Shown piece after piece: positions 1-9,016 of a DNA stretch of 64,000 bases. The stretch covers positions 6,896 to 70,895 of the forward strand of contig JAZJXT010000001.1 of assembly GCA_040390725.1 (NCBI GenBank), read 5' to 3'. Position numbers and translations under genes: made by a program. How positions within the stretch are numbered: position 1 is the stretch's first letter; the number at the start of each line of letters is the position of its first letter. The notes beneath the pieces were generated by a model. That model did not search any database, was not told the DNA's origin, and saw only the letters and a program-made list of their open reading frames with translations. The DNA is from Patescibacteria group bacterium (GTDB lineage: Bacteria; Patescibacteriota; Minisyncoccia; Phycocordibacterales; UBA9973).

Positions 1-53
1 AAAAAAGTATTTTTTAGCAATATTTTGCAAAGTTTATTAGTATTGCGTTAATC

Positions 54-134
54 TTGACATTAATTGGGGTTTTCGTCTGTGGATAACTTTGCTTGCCAAA
101 TGCCTGAGGGGGGGGGGTATTATATAGATGTCGG
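54..134 (+). promoter_or_regulatory. Conserved upstream element (copy 1): TTGACA...TGTGGATAACT...CTTGCC-N19 (includes G10 run 108-117)-TATTAT; a second copy lies at 33675-33750.
   Basis: The G10 homopolymer lies between the -35-like cttgcc and the -10-like tattat. An approximately 80-bp alignment with 33675-33750 shares tgtggataact, cttgcY, G10 and tattatataNatgtcg. Confidence 0.45.
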
Positions 135-164
135 TTTAGAAATAGTTTAATTAACATAAAATAT

Positions 165-791
165 ATGGGTAAAGGAATGGAGAAAGGATATCATGCGGAT
201 TTAAATGAAAGAACAGAAAAAGTACAGGCAAAAATAAGAGCTGGTGGGGACGAGGCGCTTAGTGCTCAATCTGAACTTGGCAAAATTCAAAATGAAGCCA
301 ATGAAAACCTTATGGGCGAAGCATCGCTGGAGCTAAAAGATAGAGAAGAAAGAGAAAATGTTATATCTGAACTTACTGAAAAATATGGTTGGGAAAAATC
401 CGGGGAAAAATCCGAATCACTCAGTAAATTACTTAAATACGGAGGTGAGGAAGCTAAAATATTAGGGAATAGATGGAGTGCCGCCTACAATCGTTTTTTT
501 AATGATAGTGGGGGAAATAAAAATTTTGTTGATAATTTTAAATTAAAAACCCCTGAAGCTAGGCAGTACGAAAGAGAACATTATAATCAAGCTTTTAATA
601 GTTTTAATCTTTCTAATTATGATTGTAAATTTCTTTATAATAGATTTATGAATCAGCTAACAATGGAAGAGCTAAAACTTTTAGAGAAAATAGCAGAAAT
701 AAAAGATGTTTTTTTTGAAGGACATGTGGGTGAAGATTGTCGCTTAAGAATTGATCTTTCTACTCCTAAATATGAAACTTCGGCAGATTAA
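165..791 (+). CDS. hypothetical protein (208 aa)
   Basis: ORF with an ATG start downstream of the G10 promoter element. No recognisable domain. Confidence 0.55.
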   Translation: MGKGMEKGYHADLNERTEKVQAKIRAGGDEALSAQSELGKIQNEANENLMGEASLELKDREERENVISELTEKYGWEKSGEKSESLSKLLKYGGEEAKILGNRWSAAYNRFFNDSGGNKNFVDNFKLKTPEARQYEREHYNQAFNSFNLSNYDCKFLYNRFMNQLTMEELKLLEKIAEIKDVFFEGHVGEDCRLRIDLSTPKYETSAD

Positions 792-840
792 TTTCTATTG
801 ATTTTTGCCGGACGTCCAACGTCCGGCAATTTTTGGTTTA

Positions 841-873
841 CTTAAAATAGAGTGATCGCAGAAATTTAAGTTT
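841..873. repeat. 33-bp dispersed repeat ttacttaaaaYagagYgatcgcagaaaWttaagtt (copy 1)
   Basis: A near-identical copy lies at 6834-6866. Both sit just 3' of hypothetical genes. Confidence 0.6.
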
Positions 874-900
874 TGCAAAGTTTATTAGTCTTGCTATAAT
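873..900 (+). promoter_or_regulatory. Sigma70-like promoter TTGCAA-N16-TATAAT. The start codon is 6 nt downstream, so the mRNA is probably leaderless.
   Basis: ttgcaa 873-878 and tataat 895-900, with ATG at 907. A degenerate copy of the same module lies at 26-53. Confidence 0.4.
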
Positions 901-906
901 GTCAAA

Positions 907-2103
907 ATGCAAACACCAAAAGTATCAAACAGGGGAGTTAACGTCATAGCTTCGCCACTTCGCAAGTTCTTGCCCTTCGTGCAGGATGCGGAGAATAGGG
1001 GGATAAAAGTCTATAAATTAAATACAGGGGATCCGGATCTAGATACACCGGCGGAGTTTTTTAATGAGATTAAGAATTATAAAAGCAAGAATTTGCCTTA
1101 TGCGCCGAGCCCGGGGATTTCCGAGCATATGACTGCTTGGCAGAAATACTACAAACAATTCGGCGTGGAGCTAGAAAAATCAGAAATGATTCCAACTGTC
1201 GGTTGTGCTGAAGCGATACTGCTTGCGTTAATGGCGGCTGCCGATGTCGGTGATGATGTTTTAGTTTTCGAACCTTTATATGTGAGCTATAAATCTTTTG
1301 CAGTGATGCTAGGCATTAACCTCGTGCCTATTACCTTAAAAACTTCTGAGAATTTTGTTTTACCAACAGAGGAAGAAATACAAAATAAAATAACCCCGAA
1401 AACTCGCGCGATAGTCATCATCAACCCTGACAACCCTACCGGCAAGCTTTGGACCGACGAAGAACTTTCCAAAATTTTAAATATTGCGAAAAAGAATAAT
1501 ATTTTTGTAATTGCGGATGAGACTTATCGCGAGATACGTTTCAAAGGCGAGCCGTCTTGTTTATTAACTCAAAAAGAATACAGTGAAAATATTATTTTGG
1601 TGGATAGTGTTTCCAAAAGATTTTCAATGCCCGGCGCACGCGTCGGCTGTGTGGCTTCTTATAATAAAGAGGTTATGAATGCTGTTTTGAAATTTGCGCA
1701 GGCACGCCTTTCAGTCGGAACACTCGAACAATACGGGCTCATTCCGCTTCTTGAGAATTCTAAAAAATACACCGACCCGGTAAAAGTAGAATATGAAAAA
1801 AGATGCGAAGTAGTTTATCAATCTTTGGCGAATGTTCCCGGCGTAGTGGTGAACAGGCCTTTCGGAGCATTTTATATTTATGCCGGTTTGCCTGTAGACT
1901 CTGCAGAAGAATTCGTAAAGTTTTTGATAAGAGATTTTTCTGACAACAACGAAACGGTGATGATCTCCCCAATGCCTGATTTTTATATCACACCTGGGCT
2001 AGGTAAGAACGAAATCCGCATCGCCTATGTCCTCGAATCAGACAAATTAAAACGTGCAATGGAAATCTTGGTTAAAGGATTGAATGCTTATTTAAAAAGA
2101 TAG
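907..2103 (+). CDS. PLP-dependent class I/II aminotransferase (aspartate/aromatic aminotransferase-like)
   Basis: 398-aa ORF. Fold-type I aminotransferase features are present, including the SKRFSMPGARVG lysine region. Confidence 0.82.
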   Translation: MQTPKVSNRGVNVIASPLRKFLPFVQDAENRGIKVYKLNTGDPDLDTPAEFFNEIKNYKSKNLPYAPSPGISEHMTAWQKYYKQFGVELEKSEMIPTVGCAEAILLALMAAADVGDDVLVFEPLYVSYKSFAVMLGINLVPITLKTSENFVLPTEEEIQNKITPKTRAIVIINPDNPTGKLWTDEELSKILNIAKKNNIFVIADETYREIRFKGEPSCLLTQKEYSENIILVDSVSKRFSMPGARVGCVASYNKEVMNAVLKFAQARLSVGTLEQYGLIPLLENSKKYTDPVKVEYEKRCEVVYQSLANVPGVVVNRPFGAFYIYAGLPVDSAEEFVKFLIRDFSDNNETVMISPMPDFYITPGLGKNEIRIAYVLESDKLKRAMEILVKGLNAYLKR

Positions 2104-2106
2104 AAT

Positions 2107-2134
2107 TTGACATTATTTTTTAATTTGCTAGTAT
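2107..2134 (+). promoter_or_regulatory. Promoter AATTTGACATT-N-TTTGCTAGTAT upstream of tuf
   Basis: TTGACA-N16-TAGTAT. Nearly the same module lies at 13623-13650 upstream of rpsS. Confidence 0.45.
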
Positions 2135-2263
2135 ATGACCTAACTGCACTTTTGGCAGTTTTTATATTGGTTTTTTTAAAAATTATTAGTTTAATTAAGT
2201 TAGTGACTAGGCCTTAGCAACTGGTTCTCGTATGCTGAGTTTTAGCCATTAAATAATAAATAT

Positions 2264-3457
<1,194 letters not shown>

Positions 3458-3467
3458 TTCGGTTAGG

Positions 3468-3497
3468 CCCGATGTCGGACATATGTCCGACATCGGG
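3468..3497. repeat. Perfect 30-bp palindrome cccgatgtcggacat|atgtccgacatcggg (family copy 1)
   Basis: Read directly from the sequence. Further copies lie at 16448-16488 (full) and 41707-41726 (one arm). No U-tract follows. Confidence 0.8.
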
Positions 3498-3505
3498 ACA
3501 AATTT

Positions 3506-3898
3506 ATGACAACAGAAGAAACAAAAATAAAAAAAGTGAAAACAGCAAAGGCAAAGTCTTCTTCTAAAAAAGAAAAGACTGGCGATGAGGGAGCAGTTGT
3601 TCTTCGCATCAGAGTTCGTGCTTACGAGAGCAAGATCTTGGATGCGTCGGTAAAGCAAATCATCGACACGGCTATGCGTTATGATGCAAAGATTGTAGGA
3701 CCAGTACCTCTTCCGACTGAGATAAAAAAATACACGGTGAACCGCGCTTCTTTTATTTACAAAAATGCGCGAGAACAATTCGAAATGCGAATACACAAAA
3801 GAGTTATCGACATTTTGAATCCCGGAGCAAAGACAATCGAGGCGCTTACCAATTTATCTTTACCTTCCGGTGTTGATATTGACGTAAAGATGCTATAA
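3506..3898 (+). CDS. rpsJ: 30S ribosomal protein S10 (N-terminal Lys-rich extension)
   Basis: LRIRVRAYE...GPVPLPT...REQFEMRIHKRVIDI matches the S10 core. Confidence 0.92.
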   Translation: MTTEETKIKKVKTAKAKSSSKKEKTGDEGAVVLRIRVRAYESKILDASVKQIIDTAMRYDAKIVGPVPLPTEIKKYTVNRASFIYKNAREQFEMRIHKRVIDILNPGAKTIEALTNLSLPSGVDIDVKML

Positions 3899-3905
3899 AA
3901 AATAT

Positions 3906-4529
3906 ATGAAATTCATTCTTGGAACAAAAGAAAATATGACGGAGTATTTCTCTGAAGACGGCACAGTTATTCCTGTGACTATTATTTCAGCTGGCCCTGT
4001 GATTGTGACTCGTGTTTTTGAGGCGTCTAAGGACGGATACAATGCAGTGCAGGTAGGCTTTGGAACTCAAAAAGACAGCAGAATTGCAAAAGCTCAAAAG
4101 GGTGAGAAGGCTCAAATGAAAGGTGGACTTTACAGAACTTTGAAAGAATTCAGATTAAAACCTACTGATACTAATGATGCAAAAGAAGGCGATGTTATTG
4201 ATGTTTCCGCTTTTGCTCCGGGTGATAAATTACAAGTTTCCGGTGTTTCAAAAGGTAAAGGTTTTCAAGGTGTTGTCAAAAGACACGGTTTCGGGGGAGG
4301 TCCTCGTACACACGGTCAAAAGCACTCTGAAAGAGAGCCGGGAAGTATCGGAGGAGGTCTTCGTACACACGTGCCAAAAGGCATGCGTATGGCTGGTAGA
4401 ATGGGTTCCGATAGAATTACTTACAAGAATTTGAAAGTTGTTTACGTTGATCAAGAAAATAACGTTATGCTTATCAAAGGCGCATTACCAGGAAAGAGAG
4501 GTACTTTAATTGAAATAGTTTCAAGATAA
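3906..4529 (+). CDS. rplC: 50S ribosomal protein L3
   Basis: ILGTKENMTEYFSEDGTVIPVTII...GKGFQGVVKRHGF matches L3. Confidence 0.93.
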   Translation: MKFILGTKENMTEYFSEDGTVIPVTIISAGPVIVTRVFEASKDGYNAVQVGFGTQKDSRIAKAQKGEKAQMKGGLYRTLKEFRLKPTDTNDAKEGDVIDVSAFAPGDKLQVSGVSKGKGFQGVVKRHGFGGGPRTHGQKHSEREPGSIGGGLRTHVPKGMRMAGRMGSDRITYKNLKVVYVDQENNVMLIKGALPGKRGTLIEIVSR

Positions 4530-4533
4530 TAAT

Positions 4534-5193
4534 ATGGAAGCAAAAATATACAATCAGAAAGGGGTAGAAGCAGGGAAGATAACTCTTCCGGCAAAAGTTT
4601 TTTCCGCAAAATGGCGCGCTGACTTGGTGCACCAAGTTGTAGAAGGAATGCGTTCAAACAAGCGCGCTGGCACAGCTGACACAAAAGGACGCGGTGAAGT
4701 TCGTGGAGGAGGCAAGAAGCCTTGGAAACAAAAAGGTACAGGACGCGCTCGTCACGGATCTTCTCGTTCACCTATCTGGGTGGGTGGAGGTGTCACACAC
4801 GGTCCTTTGGCTGAGAAAAATTACAAGAGAAAAATCACTCGCAGTATGCGCGCGCAAGCATTGTTCTCAGTGCTTTCCAAGAAATTCAAAGACGGCGAAA
4901 TTATTTTTGTTGATACTCTGGCACCATCTGACATTAAGACAAAAACAGCTTTGGAAACAATGAAGAATTTATCAAAAGCAACAGGCGCAAAGCCATTGGC
5001 AAATTCAAAGAAGCCTAGAGTTTTGGTGGCATTGGGAGGACGCAGTGAAAAGACTGAAAAAAGTTACCGCAATTTGCCTCAGCTCGAAATAGCTTTTCTT
5101 AAAAATATAAACCCGTTAGACGTTTTGAATTATCAATATCTTTTAATCGAGAATCCGGAAGAATCCGTAAAGTTTTTGGAGGCCCGCGGTTAA
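4534..5193 (+). CDS. rplD: 50S ribosomal protein L4
   Basis: Position in the S10 operon plus an L4-like sequence (KPWKQKGTGRARHGS). Confidence 0.9.
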   Translation: MEAKIYNQKGVEAGKITLPAKVFSAKWRADLVHQVVEGMRSNKRAGTADTKGRGEVRGGGKKPWKQKGTGRARHGSSRSPIWVGGGVTHGPLAEKNYKRKITRSMRAQALFSVLSKKFKDGEIIFVDTLAPSDIKTKTALETMKNLSKATGAKPLANSKKPRVLVALGGRSEKTEKSYRNLPQLEIAFLKNINPLDVLNYQYLLIENPEESVKFLEARG

Positions 5194-5206
5194 TTTTTAA
5201 ATTTTT

Positions 5207-5491
5207 ATGTCAAAAATAATTTCAATGAAAATAATAAATAAGCCGAGAGTTACCGAGAAGTCTTCTATGTTAGCAGAAGCGAATATTTACAGTTTCAATG
5301 TTGCAAAGAGTACCACAAAAAGTGAAATCAAAAAGGCAATTTTTGAACTTTACAAAGTAAAGCCTGTCAAAGTAAATACGATTTCATTTGCCGGAAAGAA
5401 GATAACAGTACGCGGTAAAAAAGGAGTAAAAGCGGGAGGCAAGAAAGCTTTCGTTTATTTGAAAAAAGGGGATAAGATAGAAGTAATTTAA
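5207..5491 (+). CDS. rplW: 50S ribosomal protein L23
   Basis: Operon position, 94 aa, L23-like. Confidence 0.85.
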   Translation: MSKIISMKIINKPRVTEKSSMLAEANIYSFNVAKSTTKSEIKKAIFELYKVKPVKVNTISFAGKKITVRGKKGVKAGGKKAFVYLKKGDKIEVI

Positions 5492-5502
5492 ATTAAAATA
5501 AG

Positions 5503-6351
5503 ATGAAAACATACAAACCTACAAGTAAATCAAGAAGACAAATGACCAACGTCACTTATCGTGGTGTTCTGACAAAAACAGAACCTACGAAATCTTTGAC
5601 GCACGGTTTCCGCCGATCAGTCGGACGCAATAGCCAAGGACGCATTACCACTCGCCACAAAGGTGCAGGACACAAGCGTTTGTATCGCGATGTTGATTTC
5701 TTATACGATAAAAAAGATATTCCTGCGAAGATAACATCCGTAGAATACGATCCAAACCGTTCCGCATTCATCGGACTCGCTGTTTATGCTGATGGTGAAA
5801 AGAGATATGTAGTTCTTCCTAAGTCAGTAAGACCTGGAGACAAATTTCTAGTTTCCGAAAAAGCAGAAGTTTCCACAGCAAACAGATTACCTTTGAAAAA
5901 TATTCCTGTCGGTACTTTTGTTTACAATGTTGAGATAAAGCCTCGCGGTGGAGCAAAGATAGGCCGTTCAGCGGGAATCTTCGCGCAAGTTGTGGCAAAT
6001 GCTGACGGTTATACAAACTTGAAAATGCCTTCTACTGAAGTTCGCAAAGTTTCTGAGAATTGTTGGGCATGCGTAGGTACAGTTTCAAACGAAGAACATC
6101 ATTTGGAAAATTACGGTAAAGCGGGACGTTCTCGATGGAAAGGTATTCGTCCGACAGTTCGTGGTACTGCTATGAACCCTGTGGATCACCCATACGGAGG
6201 AGGTGAAGGCCGACAAGGACGCGGAACAAAGCGACCAAAAACAATGTGGGGTAAAGTTACCGGAGGACGCAAGACCAGAACTCCAAAGAAATATTCAAAC
6301 GTATTCATCGTCTCTCGCCGAAAGACAGGCAAGTCTCGAAAATCTCAATAA
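5503..6351 (+). CDS. rplB: 50S ribosomal protein L2
   Basis: HKGAGHKRLYR and GTAMNPVDHPYGGGEG motifs. Confidence 0.95.
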   Translation: MKTYKPTSKSRRQMTNVTYRGVLTKTEPTKSLTHGFRRSVGRNSQGRITTRHKGAGHKRLYRDVDFLYDKKDIPAKITSVEYDPNRSAFIGLAVYADGEKRYVVLPKSVRPGDKFLVSEKAEVSTANRLPLKNIPVGTFVYNVEIKPRGGAKIGRSAGIFAQVVANADGYTNLKMPSTEVRKVSENCWACVGTVSNEEHHLENYGKAGRSRWKGIRPTVRGTAMNPVDHPYGGGEGRQGRGTKRPKTMWGKVTGGRKTRTPKKYSNVFIVSRRKTGKSRKSQ

Positions 6352-6358
6352 CATCCAT

Positions 6359-6383
6359 AAAAAGCGCCGATTGGCGCTTTTTA
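6359..6383 (+). terminator. Rho-independent terminator hairpin aaagcgccGATTggcgcttttt after rplB
   Basis: 8-bp GC stem, 4-nt loop and a T-run. An almost identical hairpin lies at 7106-7130. Confidence 0.6.
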
Positions 6384-6444
6384 GTTAACTATATTTTATT
6401 TATTGCCTATTGCAAAAGATTATATAAAATAATATAATTGAAAG

Positions 6445-6795
6445 ATGAGTGAACAATTGGGCATGAGTAATAATTCAAAACCACTAGAAAAATCAAATGA
6501 TTTATCATTTGATCCATTTAACCTTAACCTTGCCCCAATACAAATAGGAACTTCACAAGTTAATGGTAATAAACTATTTCAAGATCACGTTGTAATAGCA
6601 TACAGAATGCTTGCATCAGGAGATAAAAAAATAACTTATAAGTCAATTGTTGAAAAAATTATAGAACTTTACCACTACCCTAATGATAAACTTTTACACG
6701 ACTCAATAGGGAAAATTTTTAGTAAATTAGATCTCGATACTAATAAAGTGCTTAGGTATAATGATTTAGAAGATAAATTCAAACCATTTAGTTAG
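6445..6795 (+). CDS. hypothetical protein (116 aa)
   Basis: ORF lying between the duplicated terminators. No recognisable domain. Confidence 0.5.
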   Translation: MSEQLGMSNNSKPLEKSNDLSFDPFNLNLAPIQIGTSQVNGNKLFQDHVVIAYRMLASGDKKITYKSIVEKIIELYHYPNDKLLHDSIGKIFSKLDLDTNKVLRYNDLEDKFKPFS

Positions 6796-6833
6796 ATAGA
6801 AACTTTCAAGGATAGTCCTTTAGAAAGAAAATT

Positions 6834-6866
6834 ACTTAAAACAGAGCGATCGCAGAAAATTAAGTT
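6834..6866. repeat. 33-bp dispersed repeat (copy 2 of the 841-873 element)
   Basis: acttaaaacagagcgatcgcagaaaattaagtt. Confidence 0.6.
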
Positions 6867-6924
6867 CTTTGCGTGTTTTTAGTTTTTATTTGGTGGTTTT
6901 TTGCTTGTGTGATATAATGTTGGA

Positions 6925-7095
6925 ATGATAACTGATTTTGTATTGAAACAATTAAATAAAGCTAAATACAAGACATTAGCAGACGGCACTTGTTTTGCTT
7001 CTATTCTCGGAATTAAAGGTGTTTGGGCAAATGCAAAGAATAAAAAACTTTGCCAAAAAGAACTACAAGAAGTACTTTCAGAATTCTCTCAATAA
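6925..7095 (+). CDS. small hypothetical protein (56 aa), probably leaderless
   Basis: Extended -10 tgATATAAT at 6910-6918 lies 6 nt upstream of ATG 6925. The ORF is below the ORF-track size cutoff. Its stop lies 10 nt upstream of the terminator hairpin. Confidence 0.35.
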   Translation: MITDFVLKQLNKAKYKTLADGTCFASILGIKGVWANAKNKKLCQKELQEVLSEFSQ

Positions 7096-7105
7096 TAATA
7101 TCCCT

Positions 7106-7130
7106 AAAAAGCGCCAATTGGCGCTTTTTA
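7106..7130 (+). terminator. Rho-independent terminator hairpin aaaagcgccAATTggcgctttt (duplicate of 6359-6383)
   Basis: Same stem sequence as the rplB terminator; the loop differs by 1 nt. Confidence 0.55.
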
Positions 7131-7159
7131 GCTTTTTGTGTTATATTTAAAGGGCTTTT

Positions 7160-7915
7160 ATGGAAACACAGAAAAATATAGTGATAATAGGCGGTGGAGT
7201 GATGGGCGAATGTATCGCTTCAGCTATTTTGAGTGCAAAAAATAATTGGAAGGTTGGTGTTATTGGAAGAAATGACAATAAAACAAAAATTCAAAATGCG
7301 GACGTGATTATTTTAGCTGTAAAGCCTCAGTCATTTTTAGAATTGGCAAAAGAAATAAAAGGGTTCGTGCCGAAGAATGCTTTATGTATTTCTGTGATGG
7401 TAGGTATAACTTTGGCGAGTATCAAAAAAGAATTGGGAGTTGAGAGGGTTATCCGCTCAATGCCGAACTTGGGCGCGCGGATTTTAGAATCAATGACCGT
7501 CTGGACTGGGACAAAAAATTTAACAAAAATAGATAAAACTTTTGCCGAGGAACTTTTTTCACTATTAGGGAAAAATGTTTATGTGAAAAATGAAGATATG
7601 GTGGACAAGGCTACAGCAGTAAACGGCAGTGGTCCGGGTTTTATGTTTTCATTTATTGAAAGTTACATCGAGGGTGCAGTAAAGCTCGGTTTTTCTAAAA
7701 AAGACGCGACCATTTTTGCTAAGCAAGTTTTGAAAGCTACAAATACTTTATTGCAAGAAAAAAATACAGATGTAAAAACTTTGCGCGAACAAGTGACTTC
7801 AAAAGGAGGCACGACAGAAGCAGGATTAAAAATATTAATGGATAAATCTTTTAAAAATAAAATTTCCGGTGCTTTAGAAAAAGCATATAAACGTGCGAAA
7901 GAATTATCAAAATAA
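7160..7915 (+). CDS. proC: pyrroline-5-carboxylate reductase
   Basis: N-terminal Rossmann GGGVMG, AVKPQ, and C-terminal VTSKGGTTEAGL motif. Confidence 0.85.
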   Translation: METQKNIVIIGGGVMGECIASAILSAKNNWKVGVIGRNDNKTKIQNADVIILAVKPQSFLELAKEIKGFVPKNALCISVMVGITLASIKKELGVERVIRSMPNLGARILESMTVWTGTKNLTKIDKTFAEELFSLLGKNVYVKNEDMVDKATAVNGSGPGFMFSFIESYIEGAVKLGFSKKDATIFAKQVLKATNTLLQEKNTDVKTLREQVTSKGGTTEAGLKILMDKSFKNKISGALEKAYKRAKELSK

Positions 7916-7919
7916 ATTT

Positions 7920-9002
7920 ATGCGATTAGTAATAAAAATAGGAACATATGCAATATTTAACGAGAAAGGTCTCGATCTTTCTCGTATTAAACAGATAACG
8001 AGTGAGATAGCTGAACTAATGAAAATGGGACATGAAGTTATTTTGGTTAGTTCTGGTGCTGCTGGATACGGAATGCATAAAATTCCAGAGCTCGGTCCTC
8101 CATTCAGGAAAAAAATTTGGGCATCAGTCGGTCAGCCTATGATATTTAATAGTTATATGCGTGAAGCCGAAGAACATGGTTTTTCTGTCGGGCAAATGCT
8201 TTTACTTCGCGATGATTTTACTAATCGTGAAAGTTTTTCTAACATGACCGGTGTCATCGAATCAATGCTCGCATTTAAAATTTTACCAATACTAAATGAA
8301 AATGATGTTTTAAAAACTGAAGATTTAACGGTGGGGGACAATGATATTTTATCTGCAATGGTGGCCATAGCTTTGTCTGCTGATAAGCTAATAATAATAA
8401 CCAATAAAGATGGGCTATTTAGTGATAACCCAGACAAGAATAAAGATGCGGAATTAATAAAAGTTGTTTCCGATATTGATTTCGAAATCGAGAAATTTTG
8501 TTCAAAAGAAAAATCAAATCTCGGTACGGGCGGAATGCTTTCGAAAGTTCGCGCCGCGAAGCATGCAGTTTCTTCCGGGGTGGAAGTACTCTTAGGTAAC
8601 GGTACAAAAAAAGGAATAATTTTATCTACTTTGGAAAAAGATTTTTATGGTACGAGGTTTGTACCTAGTGAAAAAATTTCTATGAATGAAGCAAAGAGGT
8701 GGATGATGGCGACAAAAGGTGTAGGGCTGTTGGCTATTGATGACGGTGCGATAGAGGCTTTGCGTGGGGGCAAGAGTTTGCTTTTACCGGGGCTTATTTC
8801 CGCTAAGGGAGAATTTTCTGCGGGAGAGATAGTGGAAGTTGTTTCAAAATTCGGGCAAGCGGTAGCATATGGCAGAGTTAATTATCCTGCAAATGAAATA
8901 AAAAAAGCTATAATTACTCAGAAAAAATCACTAGAGAAAGGCGTGAGAATTTTAGAAAAAGAAATAATTCATCGTGATTATATGGTAATCTTAAAGAAGT
9001 AA
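7920..9002 (+). CDS. proB: glutamate 5-kinase (with C-terminal PUA domain)
   Basis: MRLVIKIGT...VILVSSGAAGYG kinase motifs. The start is moved from the ORF-track 7893 to ATG 7920 to remove the overlap with proC. Confidence 0.85.
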   Translation: MRLVIKIGTYAIFNEKGLDLSRIKQITSEIAELMKMGHEVILVSSGAAGYGMHKIPELGPPFRKKIWASVGQPMIFNSYMREAEEHGFSVGQMLLLRDDFTNRESFSNMTGVIESMLAFKILPILNENDVLKTEDLTVGDNDILSAMVAIALSADKLIIITNKDGLFSDNPDKNKDAELIKVVSDIDFEIEKFCSKEKSNLGTGGMLSKVRAAKHAVSSGVEVLLGNGTKKGIILSTLEKDFYGTRFVPSEKISMNEAKRWMMATKGVGLLAIDDGAIEALRGGKSLLLPGLISAKGEFSAGEIVEVVSKFGQAVAYGRVNYPANEIKKAIITQKKSLEKGVRILEKEIIHRDYMVILKK

Positions 9003-9016
9003 ATTGAAATAGAATT

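Noticed and set aside
3468-3497. Palindromes considered as rho-independent terminators.
   Set aside because: No U-rich tract follows any copy (acaaatt or acaaaag follow), and copy 2 lies inside the ribosomal operon. They are classified as a dispersed repeat or structural element.
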